From assembly GCF_009914755.1 (NCBI RefSeq), contig NC_060934.1: 64,000 nt of DNA, one strand, 5' to 3'. Below, piece after piece: positions 42,298-54,578 of the stretch. This stretch comes from the human T2T-CHM13v2.0 reference genome, Homo sapiens. Both the position numbers and the translations under genes were made by a program. Position 1 is the first letter of the stretch, and every line of letters begins with the position of its first letter. The notes below the pieces were generated by a model that was not told the origin of the DNA, searched no databases, and saw only the letters and a list, made by a program, of their open reading frames with translations.

Positions 42298-45232
42298 TGT
42301 GAGTCTTTTTATTCAGTGTTTTATGTTGCAGTGGGTCTTTCATCTGGGGGTTCAGTTTAGTTCTGGGAAATTTCCTCATGTTAATACTAGGATGAACTGA
42401 TATAAACAAATTTTGTCTGCTCCTATATATGTTGTGTATTAATGTACTCTCATATTAATACATGCATTCATAGTATAAATGCTTAATTTAAAATACTATC
42501 TATTCATGAATTCTCTAATTTTCTTAGTTTTTCCTTCATGATAAAGGAGAAACTTTCTTTACCTTTTCATTATAATTTCTAGGAAATTTCCTACACTTTA
42601 TTTTCCCAAATTTTATTGCATTTTAAGTTTGGTTACTGCTTATTTATTTACTTATTTATTTATATTTTTGTTTTCTGATTGTCCCCTTATTATTATTATT
42701 TTTAAAGAATATCCACTTTTGTTTTATGGTGCACAATCTTTGCGTATCATTTGACTTTGTTTCCTTTAATTTCATTTTCTTTGTTTTGTTTCTATCTTTT
42801 ATGTCTAGTGAACATTTACTGTCCTTATTTAGGAGAAAATTATGGAAAAAAGGATTAGGCAAAGCTTATTAACTATCAGGCTTCACTGTATAGTGATCCA
42901 GAAGCTGGATTTTCATTTGGTTGGAAGATGCCAAATGACAGTATCTTTTGTCTTGGAACCATTCAACGTCTGCAGATAAATATCCTTCAGTTTTCTGTCT
43001 GGGGGTTATTCATTTGATTATTGATGTTCTGGGAACCGGAGGAAAAGATGGCAGGGAAATTTTATCATTCATTATGTAGATTTTCACTTAGTCTCTCAAG
43101 TTCCAGCTGTATACTTCACTCCCTCCTTCTACCTTGCCTGGTGTTCCAAGTCTGGAGCCTCTGATTCAATTTCTCAAGAGATTAAACCTCTGTCAGGGCT
43201 GGGTTTGGGGTAGTGTTTAGCTTCTTGGGATGAGAGGGAGAGTATGGGTCCTTATTCTGCTCTCAACCATTCCCCTTATTTTTATCCTAGAGCCCCACCT
43301 CTGCCTTCCTGGTAACTCTTGCATCTGAGTCCTGAGGCTTTCTGGGGATCTTTGGGAGAAACAGATTTGTTTCTTGTTGTTACTTATCTCTGATGGTGTG
43401 TATGTTTTAGTTATTACGTCTCAATTCACTTTTCTCCTTCATTGACACTTCCAAATGCCTTGTCACCTCTCATCTGCAAGTTGGCTGTTTTCTCATTTTC
43501 TTTATCATTGTGAGTTTATACCTGAAAAAAATTAAAAGAAAAAACAAAAAACAAAAACCTTTCCTATCATGTTGGCAGAGTTTCCAGAGGGAGCAGAGGT
43601 AAATGCACATACTTGATCTACTTTGTTTATCAGGAAGCCCTAGCCCATATTTTTATTGAATTAGATTTCACTAAAGACAAGTTTCTGCAATTGGCTATTA
43701 GCAATCAACTTTTTTTGGTGACAAGACTGAATATTTAGGATTAAAAGTTTAAGGATGTTCATTTTATTTCCCAGCTAAAAAAGAATGTAGTAGCCCAGCA
43801 TAGTGAATTTATAATCTTTGGATTTATTTCCTTGGATTTACTTATAACAATATGTTTGAAATGTGTTAAGTAGAAAAATTGGCAGAAGTGTATGTGTGTG
43901 TTTGCAACTGTGACAGCAAGGGAAACCGATGGAAGAAAAGAATGAATCCAAGAGAAAGCAGAATGTTAGATTTTGATTGGGACGGTGGTGGTGTTTCAGA
44001 TCCATAGCCATATAAACATTTTAAATATCATCAATAATTTTTTAATAAGTACCTAAATTTGATGGTTGTTTTTTTAAACTGTCTAACGTTACAGACCATT
44101 CATCATCTATTTGTGTCTTAAGAATACTGCCCCAGTTTCGCTGTGGGTCCCTTTGAGTGAATGCATTTCTAGCTTTTGAGGCCACGCTATCTGTAGTTCT
44201 CATTATCTTGGTTGCTTTCAGAAGCCTCATATAAGCCAAAGGGTGAACAATAACCAGAGAACAGAGATTCTTAAATTAAGCAACTGAAAAGAGTCTGCTT
44301 TGGTTCATTAGCCCAAATAGGATCTTTTACTTTTTGAGTAGCAATCAAAAGATATTGGATCTATCATTTCTCTTGTTCTCTTAAAAAATCACTTAAATTT
44401 CCTTTAAACAATCTGGTGATGTGATGTCAGATTTTTGCCCATCATATTATAACATCATTGTTAAGTAGTATGAATGGAAATGAAACATACACCTCAAAAT
44501 ATCTAACGGTCCTGATATAAGGCTAAAGAAAACAAATAGTCTTTTCTTATCTTTCCCCTTGGATGAATTTAAAATAGATAATTCTTAACAGTTTCATCCT
44601 ACTTCCGTAGGGTGAATTTTCCCCCAGTATGGCTTTGGAGTAAATTTTCACCTTTTTGCTAGATTTATGACTGCTATTACCAATACTATTAATTATTTCA
44701 GTATGATATAGCACTTCTAGGAGGCTGACCCTACTTAATTGGAAAAAAAGAAAATATGTTGGAGCTTTAACATTTCTTGATCATAGAAGGTACTGAAACA
44801 TAACTCATGATTCTAGGCAAACTTTGCCATTGAGTTTTTGTGTGACCATATAAAATAATTTAAGTTTTCTGTGTCTACATTTGTAAAGTATATGACACTC
44901 AACTGTATAATGAGCTCACAGTCTAGTGAGCTTGATAGAAGATAAGCTAATCTGGGGTAGAAATCATGCTTTATTCATATTTGTTTTCTCTTGCTTAAAT
45001 TCATAATAGTTACTCAGTAAGTGTTGACTAAAAGTGTTTGAGAGAGAAACAAAATACAAGGTGAGTGAAAATTCTGAGATCCTTGTGAGAATAATTCATA
45101 TAAATTTAATATATTCAGCTTGATTCTAAAGGCAATGTTGAGAGGAGGCCCGTGGGGCTGCATGTTCTTCAGTGTAATGTGAAGTACTGAGCTGATTATA
45201 GTGGTTATTCAATTAAAAGATATGTATTTTAA

Positions 45233-45462
45233 AATTATTATTATACTTTAAGTTCTGGGATACATGTGCAGAACGTGCAGGTTTATTACATAGGTATACA
45301 CGTGCCACGGTGGTTTGCTGCACCCATCATCCCGTCATCTACATTAGGTATTTCTCCTAATGCTATCTCTCCCCTAGCCCCCCACCCCACAACAGGCCCT
45401 GGTGTGTGATGTTCCCCTCCCTCTGTCCATGTGTTCTCATTGTTCAACTCCCACTTATGAGT
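45233..45462 (-). mobile_element. L1PA (PA7-like) 3' end fragment
   Basis: TTATACTTTAAGTTCTGGGATACATGTGCAGAACGTGCAGG...TTCAACTCCCACTTATGAG. Confidence 0.9.
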
Positions 45463-46169
45463 ATATTTTTAATGGGCAAGCTCTGCTCAAATACAGGCTA
45501 CAGTCAGTATGTGACTGAGCTGTGATCTCTCTCGTCAAAGGGACTACAGCGCACCCTTTGAATTACCTTCACACTCACTGACGGTTTTAAGAGTTTGGCC
45601 ACTTTCCCCACGTCTGAAAGCGACTCTACCTTAGATGTGAGAAAGATGCGGCTGACTTTGGCTGGCAGATGGAGAAGAATGGAAAAGCAGCAGACAGTGT
45701 TCATGCATGGCTGACACTAGAAAGAATTCTTCTGGATTTCACAGTCATTGAAATGAAAAGATGTGATCCAGAACAGGATCTTCCTTTTAACTGGTGTCTG
45801 CAGTGTTCTCTCCTCTGCTTCTTCACTCATTTCAAGAAGTCTCTAAGGGGCAGCCTGATGTGGAAAAGATGTTAAGGGAAGAAGAGGGCATCCTAATTCT
45901 AGGTTTGATAAGGACATTTTTGATACTGGTAAAACCCTGAAATTATGGAAATTATGATTTGTTCTGTATGCCAACGAGAATCGTGGTTTTCCTTTTGCTC
46001 TTTTCCTTGCGAAGGAGCCAACTCCTTCTGGATCTTTGTTTTTATTTTTTCCTCCTTAAGTCACTGCTGAGGTATTTTTAAACCAAGCCAACACGTATAT
46101 TTTATTCACCGAAGGAAGAACAAAGCATCTGCTAATAGAAGCAGTGAAAAAAGCACAGCAGTCAGAGGC

Positions 46170-46345
46170 CTCGTGTCTAAAGCTCAGTTCATTACTCCTA
46201 ACCTGCCATTGGCCAATATTTCAACCTTTCTGAGTTGCTCTTTCTCATCTGCAAAATGGGGTTAATGGAGGATTTCATCTGCAAGTGGGGATAAGAGACA
46301 TGAAAAGAACTGACGCGAAATAAACACGAGTTGAATCCTAACAAT
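46170..46345 (+). mobile_element. MIR
   Basis: TTTCTCATCTGCAAAATGGGGTTAATG core. Confidence 0.7.
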
Positions 46346-47811
46346 AATATTTTGACTATGTAGTTACAACAAACTTTTCTTTCTTCTTTTTTTTTTTTTC
46401 TGTGAGAAGTGCCTTTGGTGGATTTTGAATTCTTTTTCATACTGCCTGTTCTTTGGTGGGACTCCAGCAACATTGCTGTAACTCGAGGATATATGGCTGC
46501 AATGTGTGTTTGGCTTCCTTTCTCAAGGGGGTCAAATAAAAAGGCAACTGTTTAGAGAAGGCACCAAAGTACAAAACAAAAATCTCAGAATATGCCAGCC
46601 AATCTTGGAAAGTCATCTGAAGAAGAAAAAGTGCTGCTGAGGAAGGAAAACGGCCCTTTTGTGGGCATCACTTCTGCTCTTCTGAAAAAAAGCCCCGATG
46701 CTGCAATATTTTTCAAGGCAGAATATCGTCCCAGATGGAGGAGGGAGCACTGACAAGCAGAAAAGGAGACGTGCGGTTTCGAGGCAGCGTCTGTAAGGGG
46801 TGGAGAGCGCGGGGCTCGGAGCCTCGCAGTTCTTTGTTGGGGGCGCGGGCTTCGTTATTCCCGAGGCAGCAATGGCTCCCCCTCGGAGGTCCCTCCGCGG
46901 AGACCGCCTCGCGCCTCTCGCAGTCCCCAATCCCCGCCCCTCCCAGCCCTCGCTGACCCCACAACGTGGTCGGACTGCGGTGCCTTTAAGGCTTTTGCCT
47001 GCTGCACATGCTCAGCTCTTTGTGTGTTGTTGGAGTTTTTCTCTCTTAAGAGAAAAAGAAGAAATAGGCAGGAGGATGGGGCGGAGGAAGGGGGAAGCGC
47101 TAGGGAAAAAGCGTTGCACTTTTGCAGCTGCAGACGGCGGACGGGAAGGACTTCTTTTCTGCTGAAGCTGCGAAGCCTGTGTCGATCTCTCATTCGTGGG
47201 GCTCCCGGGGCGCGGGGTGCGGGTGGGGCCAGGGTGCCCGCACCGGCCGGGGGGAAGGGCACGCGGGCCACACCTGGGGGGCCTGTCTCCAGTCAGCGCG
47301 CGGGCCAGGCGGGGTGGGCGCGCGCGCGTGGGGGAGTCCCCGGTCCCTGTCAGGGGCGGGGCGAGACCAAGGCGCCGGGCCTGTGGGGAGGAGTGTAGGC
47401 GCGCGCGAGGGCGGGGGGCGGCCCCACGCATCGTGGGCTCCCGGCGCTGCCGCTGCGGCCGGCTCGAGGCACCGGAGACAGAATGGCTGCCGGGGCGCCC
47501 TTGACCGCCGGGCGGGCGAGGCGGGGCTGACCGCCGCCTCCTTGATCGCCCCCTTCCACGTTGGGCGCGCCCACTTCGGGGCGCCCGCTCGGCCCCCGCC
47601 CTCCTGGGCGCGCGGCGCTCGGAGCCGAGGCAGTTGGCGCGGGCCGCGGGCGAGGCGGGGCCGCGCGCGGGGTCCCCTCCTCCTCCCGGTCAGGTCCCCT
47701 CAGGAGCGCCGGGCGCAGTCTGCGCCTCCCGCTCCCCGCCTCCGGCCGGGTCCGGGACGCCGCGGCTGTGGGGTCGGCCCGCTAAGGACAAGGTCGGGAG
47801 ACTGGGTGGCG

Positions 47812-47907
47812 ATGCCCGAGTGCGACTGGAGGCAGCCGAGCGGAGGCGACGGCGGTTGGGATCTGTCCCTCCTGACCGGGGAGCGGGACTCGGACGGGCG
47901 CCGGTGA
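47812..47907 (+). other. Candidate upstream ORF (31 aa) in the ATRNL1 5' leader
   Basis: GCGATGC...TGA encodes MPECDWRQPSGGDGGWDLSLLTGERDSDGRR and ends 110 nt before the main ATG; needs a TSS upstream of 47812. Confidence 0.55.
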
Positions 47908-48017
47908 GGAGGAGGAGAAGCGGCGGCGGAGAGGTTTTCTGCGGCCGGAATTCCCTTCAACAGCATCCCTGTCGGCGCCCGCGAGCGCAGTCTCGCCGGG
48001 CAGGGGCGCCGGGGAAG

Positions 48018-48310
48018 ATGGAGACTGGGGGCCGGGCCCGCACTGGTACCCCGCAGCCAGCGGCCCCGGGGGTGTGGAGGGCTCGGCCGGCGGGCGGCGG
48101 CGGCGGGGGCGCCTCCTCCTGGCTGCTGGACGGGAACAGCTGGCTGCTGTGCTATGGCTTCCTCTACCTGGCGCTCTACGCGCAGGTGTCCCAGTCCAAG
48201 CCGTGCGAGAGGACCGGCTCCTGCTTCTCGGGCCGCTGTGTCAACTCCACCTGCCTCTGCGACCCGGGCTGGGTGGGGGACCAGTGCCAGCACTGCCAGG
48301 GCAGGTTCAA
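48018..48310 (+). CDS. ATRNL1: Attractin-like protein 1, first coding exon (signal peptide plus first EGF-like domain); partial CDS
   Basis: Strong Kozak AAGATGG; METGGRARTGTPQPAAPG...WLLCYGFLYLALYAQVSQSKPCERTGSCFSGRCVNSTCLCDPGWVGDQCQHCQGRF(K) recognised as ATRNL1; six-Cys EGF pattern; canonical donor CAA|GTAAGT; 293 nt, phase 2. Confidence 0.96.
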
Positions 48311-48824
48311 GTAAGTGCCTTCGCCGGACCCCGAACCTCCAGCCCTGCCTCGCTCCCGTCGCGGCCTTCCCCGCCCCCCTCGCGGCCTCCCCCGCCCCCG
48401 TCGCTGCCTCTGATCCCCCGGCCGTGAGTGAACCTCAGCGCGCGGCGGGAGCGGGCGAGAGTGGGGCCCGCGCCGCGCCCCCTCCAGCCCCGGGGCGCCC
48501 CGGGAGAGCTCGGGCCCGCGCGGAGCCCTGACCAACGGGGAGCTAGGCATTTCTCGAGCGTTCCAGATGTCCGCAGCGACTTCTGATCCGCTGCTCAGCA
48601 CGAACATTTTCACAATCAGTTATGATGCCCAGCACCATTTTCTTGGGATAATATTTAAAAATCAGAAATTGTCCAAGTTACTTATGAAATACATGCGCAT
48701 TGTGAAAAATTCACAAAAGTGTAAAGGTTCAGTTATGATCTATGAGTGCCTCTCTCTTTCCCCATTCTCTTCTCTCTAGAGGTGACCCCTTCTAACATTT
48801 ATTTAGTCATCATAGTGATGTTAA

Positions 48825-49090
48825 TAAGTAGAGTTTATGATGGACTTGCTAAGTGCCAAACACTCTTCTAAGCGCTTTATGTCAATTTTCTCATTTATTC
48901 CCTACAACAACTCTGTGAGTTGCTAGAATTATTATGCTGGATTTACGGAGAGAAATCGAGGCGATACATTGAAGTAACTTGGCCAGGATTACACAGTAGT
49001 AAGGGCCGAGTTATGATTCCAAATCAGCTGGCACATTCTGGAGCCAGTACACACTCCAGAATGTGTACTTTTAACGAATTTGCTGTGTTG
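48825..49090 (-). mobile_element. MIR
   Basis: TGCCAAACACTCTTCTAAGCGCTTTA...ACAACAACTCTGTGAG...GAAGTAACTTGGCCAGGATTACACAG. Confidence 0.8.
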
Positions 49091-51449
49091 TATTTGCTAG
49101 GACAATCTTGAATTGAGAAATACAAAGGTGACTTTAGGTTAGATAGAAGGACGTTTTTATGTGGTGAGGATAATGGATTTTTTTCTGATCGGTTAATTCA
49201 CTGTCAGCTTTTGTGCGGGAACATCGCTTTGGCTTGTTTGAAGCTCAAGGAGCCTAAGAAGTTTGCTTGCTAAGGTGAAGGTACTTTCTTCGTACTGGTT
49301 GGTGTTTATTACATTCTTGCCTGATATAAAAAGCAATGGGTCACAGTGTAGGGGAGTAGCAAAAGTCACTTAATATTGGGGCAGGCTTCTAACAACATGC
49401 AGGTAACAGTCATTAAGAAAGTCAGCTTCTTAGTCTTCTAGATACTTAATATGAAGTTTGCTGGCTGGTTTGTGGCTCTTGAATATTGTAGATTACTGAT
49501 ATTGTTAGGCTGATAGCCAAAATCTAGGTGAAATTTCTCTTGGGCTCTAAGGCAAAGGTAAGACTGGTTCACCTTATTAATGTATTCTAGGACAATTTCC
49601 TGGAATTTTAAACACAGCATACTTTCCTTTTTTTTTTTTTTTTAAAAAAAACTTACTATTACTGATTAAAATAAATGTCCCTTAAAACTCAATGTAAAAA
49701 TGTATATTTTTAAAATGGCACTTTAAAATTTTAGGTAGAGTCTATGATTTAAATTAACTAGTAGGTTTTGGAAGTGAAATCTTAAAGTGAAGTTTTATGA
49801 AACTTATGCAATAGGTTGAAATTTTTCTAGGGTTTATACTTTAAAGGTAGTATAGTAATGTAGTTTTAAAAATACTTTTTAAAAAAATTAGGAGAGATGC
49901 TGATTAAAAGTTTAAAAAGTGTTTCAAGATGAGGAAAGAGATCTTAATGAATTCTGCTTGTTAGTTGTTTTTTTTTGCTTGTGTTCTTAAACGTTTGCTA
50001 TGACAGTAGAATTCAGCGTCTTTACCTAGCAAGAGAGAATTTTGAACATGTAAACTGGTAGTCAGCAGTGAAAAAGCCTCATCCATTTTTTACATTTTTT
50101 TTACATAAATAGGGAGAGTGCCTGATTTATATGTAGGGATATTGGCTTTTGTGTGGGTGGGTTTGCTCCGTTTGTCTAAAGAGGACAAAATTTGCTGCAG
50201 TCCTGAGAAGCTTCATTTTAAAGTAGCGGAACTTGTTAATCAGCTGGATCAGCAGCCTGTGACCTCACTAGCAGATGTTGTCCCAGTTAAAAAGATCACA
50301 GATCAAGTTAAAACTAGCTTAAATAACATTGAGAGGTGGTGTTCATAAACAAAATACATTAGTGAGTAGAAGAAGAATAGATATTTGATGTAGATATTGT
50401 TAAATAACAATAAATCCTGAGCTAATCACTGAGTATTCATCTTTTCCTTGGAAGCTATTATTTCCTAGGACTCATTGTACTCTATTGGGTAAATGCTTTT
50501 GCATTTCTCTGTGGAATACAAGCTATTAATTAGAGTAAATATAACTGGTGTAACGATCTGTGTTTTTATTATGTATACTCTTGGGGATAAAGAACACATT
50601 GGTATTTAATGTTAAAGAGAAGGATTATGTATAGTAGAAAAGAATTCTTCTTGGTAAAGTACATGCAAATAAACCTATGAAAGGTTTATTTGAAGATAGT
50701 AGCTTGTTTTACCTGGCATTTGAAGTAATAACACAGTGGGAAAGGCTTTAACTAGAAAATCTCACTTCACTAACTATCTTGAAAATCTTTTTCTAAACTG
50801 AAGGATAGCAACCTTACAAACAGACATTAAAAATGATTGATCAATCTTGGTAAGCAGGTGTCAAAATTAATTGGTTGGCTCCATGGTAACTTAGCTTTTT
50901 TTCTACTATAGGGATTTCGCCAGGGAATAAAAATGTTCTTCAAATGTTTCTTGAGGATAGAAGATTGATAGTTGGGGGAAGAAATGCAGAAGCAAATATA
51001 GTATCAAAAGTGGTACTTCAGTTCTCTTAGCATTGATTCCAGTCTTCTGTTTCCATTTGAAAAGAATAAAGCACTCAGAATAACAAGCCATTCCTTCCTT
51101 ACACAGGTAAAACAAAAGGAACATTGATTTTTCACCCAAAGCTAGACTAAAGGACTTGGGATTGAGAATAGGAAAATATATTTGAAATATAATAATCAAA
51201 GATACAGACTCTAATTCAAGTTGTATTTATTTGAATAGTTCAGTGTAATGTTAAGCAAGAAAATATTCTGCTATAATCTATTTGAATGACGTTCTCTTTT
51301 AGAAGGGAGCCCTTGAGAATTAATTTTGTAGAGTAGAGATTTATATAAATTTATATAAATATAAAGAGTATTGCTCTTTATATTAGTCAAATATAAAGGG
51401 GTATATTTTTACCCCTCTTAGGTTAGTCAAATTTGGATACTTCATTTCA

Positions 51450-51756
<307 letters not shown>

Positions 51757-51910
51757 TTTATATATACATATATGAAGCATTCTATTTGTAGTGACAGCAA
51801 AATGAAGATGTAATGATATAATGTCAGGAATTAGGTTGTTATTATAGACAAAAACGGGCAGAATAAAGTGTGTAAACTCTTCCCCTAAGCTGTTAAAAAT
51901 ATATGCATAT

Positions 51911-52228
<318 letters not shown>

Positions 52229-52648
52229 ATATATATATATGCATATGTAAATACATATATATTTGGAATCCTTTTTACTTGTAAGGAAACTGACAGTAAT
52301 TATAAACTTAAACTGAATGTTCCCTGTCCCTAAGACTTCTTTATTTCAAAGTTTTATTTTAATGGATAATTTATATCCATGGATTATTTTTACATTATTA
52401 AAGTGTATAATCACACAGTAGGAATTTAAAATAATTTAAATTGAGTGTTTCTTAGATTCTAAATTGATAAGGTAAGTTACTTGTAGAAGCATAGTAGCAT
52501 GGTTTTCAAGAACACGTGTCTGCATGATTTGGCCCCTTTAGCTGATTAGACTCAGGCCTCCTTTCCTCTGCCCTGACTGGCCTTTTGAAGTTCCTTGAAA
52601 GTGTCACATTCCTTTTGGCCTTAGTGCATTTTATACACGTAACTGTGA

Positions 52649-53011
<363 letters not shown>

Positions 53012-54264
53012 ACTTAAATACTAGTTTCTAAAGGAGGCTTGTCTGACTCTTCACACTAGGTTACCCCTTATATACTGCCCTAATAGCACTATTTTTCCTT
53101 CTTAGTATTGTCAAAAATGAGGTGTTTAATTATAATTTTGATAGTTATTTAAACAAAATTTTTAAGAGATTGAGGTATAATTGTCAAACAGCACAATTTA
53201 AAATGTACAATTTATTTAAATTATACAATTTGATAAGTTTTGTCATATGTATTTGCATCTGAAACTGTCACCACAATCAAAATCATAAAAATACCAATCA
53301 CGCTAGAAAGTTTCCATGTGTTTCCTTTGTAAACCCTCCCTTTTCTAGTTGCCAATTCCTGTCCCAGGGCAACTATTGATCTGCTTTCTCTCACTATAGA
53401 TTTGTTGGTATTTTCTAGAACTTTTTGTAAATAGAATCATACATTATATACTTCTTTTTTGTCTGGCTTCTTTCACACAGCGTGTTTATTTTGAGATTCA
53501 TTCATGGTGTGTTAGTAGTTTATTCTACTGCCGAATAGTGTTCCAGTGTCTGGATACACCATAATTTGTTTATCCATTCAACTGCTGATGGACATTTGGA
53601 TTGTTTCAAATTTTTGGCTGTTCCTTATAAAGCTGCTACGAAGTTTCATGTGGAAGCCTTTTTATCTTTGTATGGTCATATGCTTTCCTTTCTCTTGGGG
53701 AAATAACCTGAGAATGGCTGGATCATATGGGTAGATATATGTGTAACTGTTAAAGAAACCGACAAACTGTTTTCCAAAGTAGTTGTATCATTTATGTTCC
53801 CACCAGCAGTGAGTCAGTGTTCTATCTAGTTAATTTCACATCCATACCAATACTTGGTATGGTTAGTCTTTTAAATTTTTGTGATTCTAATAAGTGAATG
53901 GTATATTATTGGGTTTTAGTTTGCATTTCCCGAATTACTAATGATATTGAGTATCTTCTCATGTGCTTACTTGCCATCCGTATATCTTCTGTAATAGGCA
54001 TTTATTCAAACCTTTTGCATGTTAAAAAAATTTTCTTACTGATTTTTGTGAGTTCTTTACATTTTCTGGATTACTAGCTTCTTATGAGGTATATCATTTG
54101 CATATATTTTCTACCAGTCTGCGGCTTGTCTATGAAAACAATGCAAAGAGAATGAAATCTCTTGACAGTATTTTTCAAAGAATCTAAGTTTTAAATTGAT
54201 TAATTCCAGTTTATCATTTTTTTCTTTTATACTTTTCATGTTGTGCCTAAGAAAAGTTTGCCTA

Positions 54265-54578
54265 GGCTGGGTACTGTGGCTCATGTGTGTAATCCCAGCG
54301 CTTTGGGAGCCTGAGACAGGAGGATCACTTGAGTCTAGGAATTTGAGTGCAGCCTGGGAAACAAGGCAAGACACTGCCTATACAAAAACATTTGAAAAAT
54401 TAGCTGGTCGTGGCGGTGTGCGCATTTAGCCCATCTACTTGGAAGGCTGAGATGGGAGGATCACTTTAACACAGGAATTGGAGGCTGCAGTGAGCTGAGC
54501 TGTGATTGTGTCACTGTACTCCATCCTGGGCAACACAGCAAGACCATGTCTTTAAAAAATAAAAAATAAAAAAAAAAA
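54265..54578 (+). mobile_element. AluJ
   Basis: GGAGGATCACTTGAG in both arms, A tail, TSD-like GAAAAGTTTGCCTA / GAAAACTGCCTA. Confidence 0.9.

Larger units (their letters stand above)
46770..48600. promoter_or_regulatory. ATRNL1: CpG island / TATA-less ATRNL1 promoter with GC boxes
   Basis: Very high GC and CpG density against an AT-rich background; Sp1-type GGGGCGGGGC 47353-47362, GAGGCGGGGC 47518-47527 and 47652-47661; Inr-like CAGT at 47631-47634; many G-runs (G4 potential). Confidence 0.92.

Noticed and set aside
48090-48110. GGC run encoding poly-Gly in exon 1
   Set aside because: Only four pure GGC units, interrupted by GGG; too short to suggest an expansion locus.
46613-48613. Many long overlapping ORFs on both strands (e.g. 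261 aa at 47122-47907, 197 aa antisense at 47700-48293)
   Set aside because: Expected stop-codon depletion in a very GC-rich island; low-complexity Arg/Gly/Pro/Ala products, mostly non-ATG starts, no recognisable domains.
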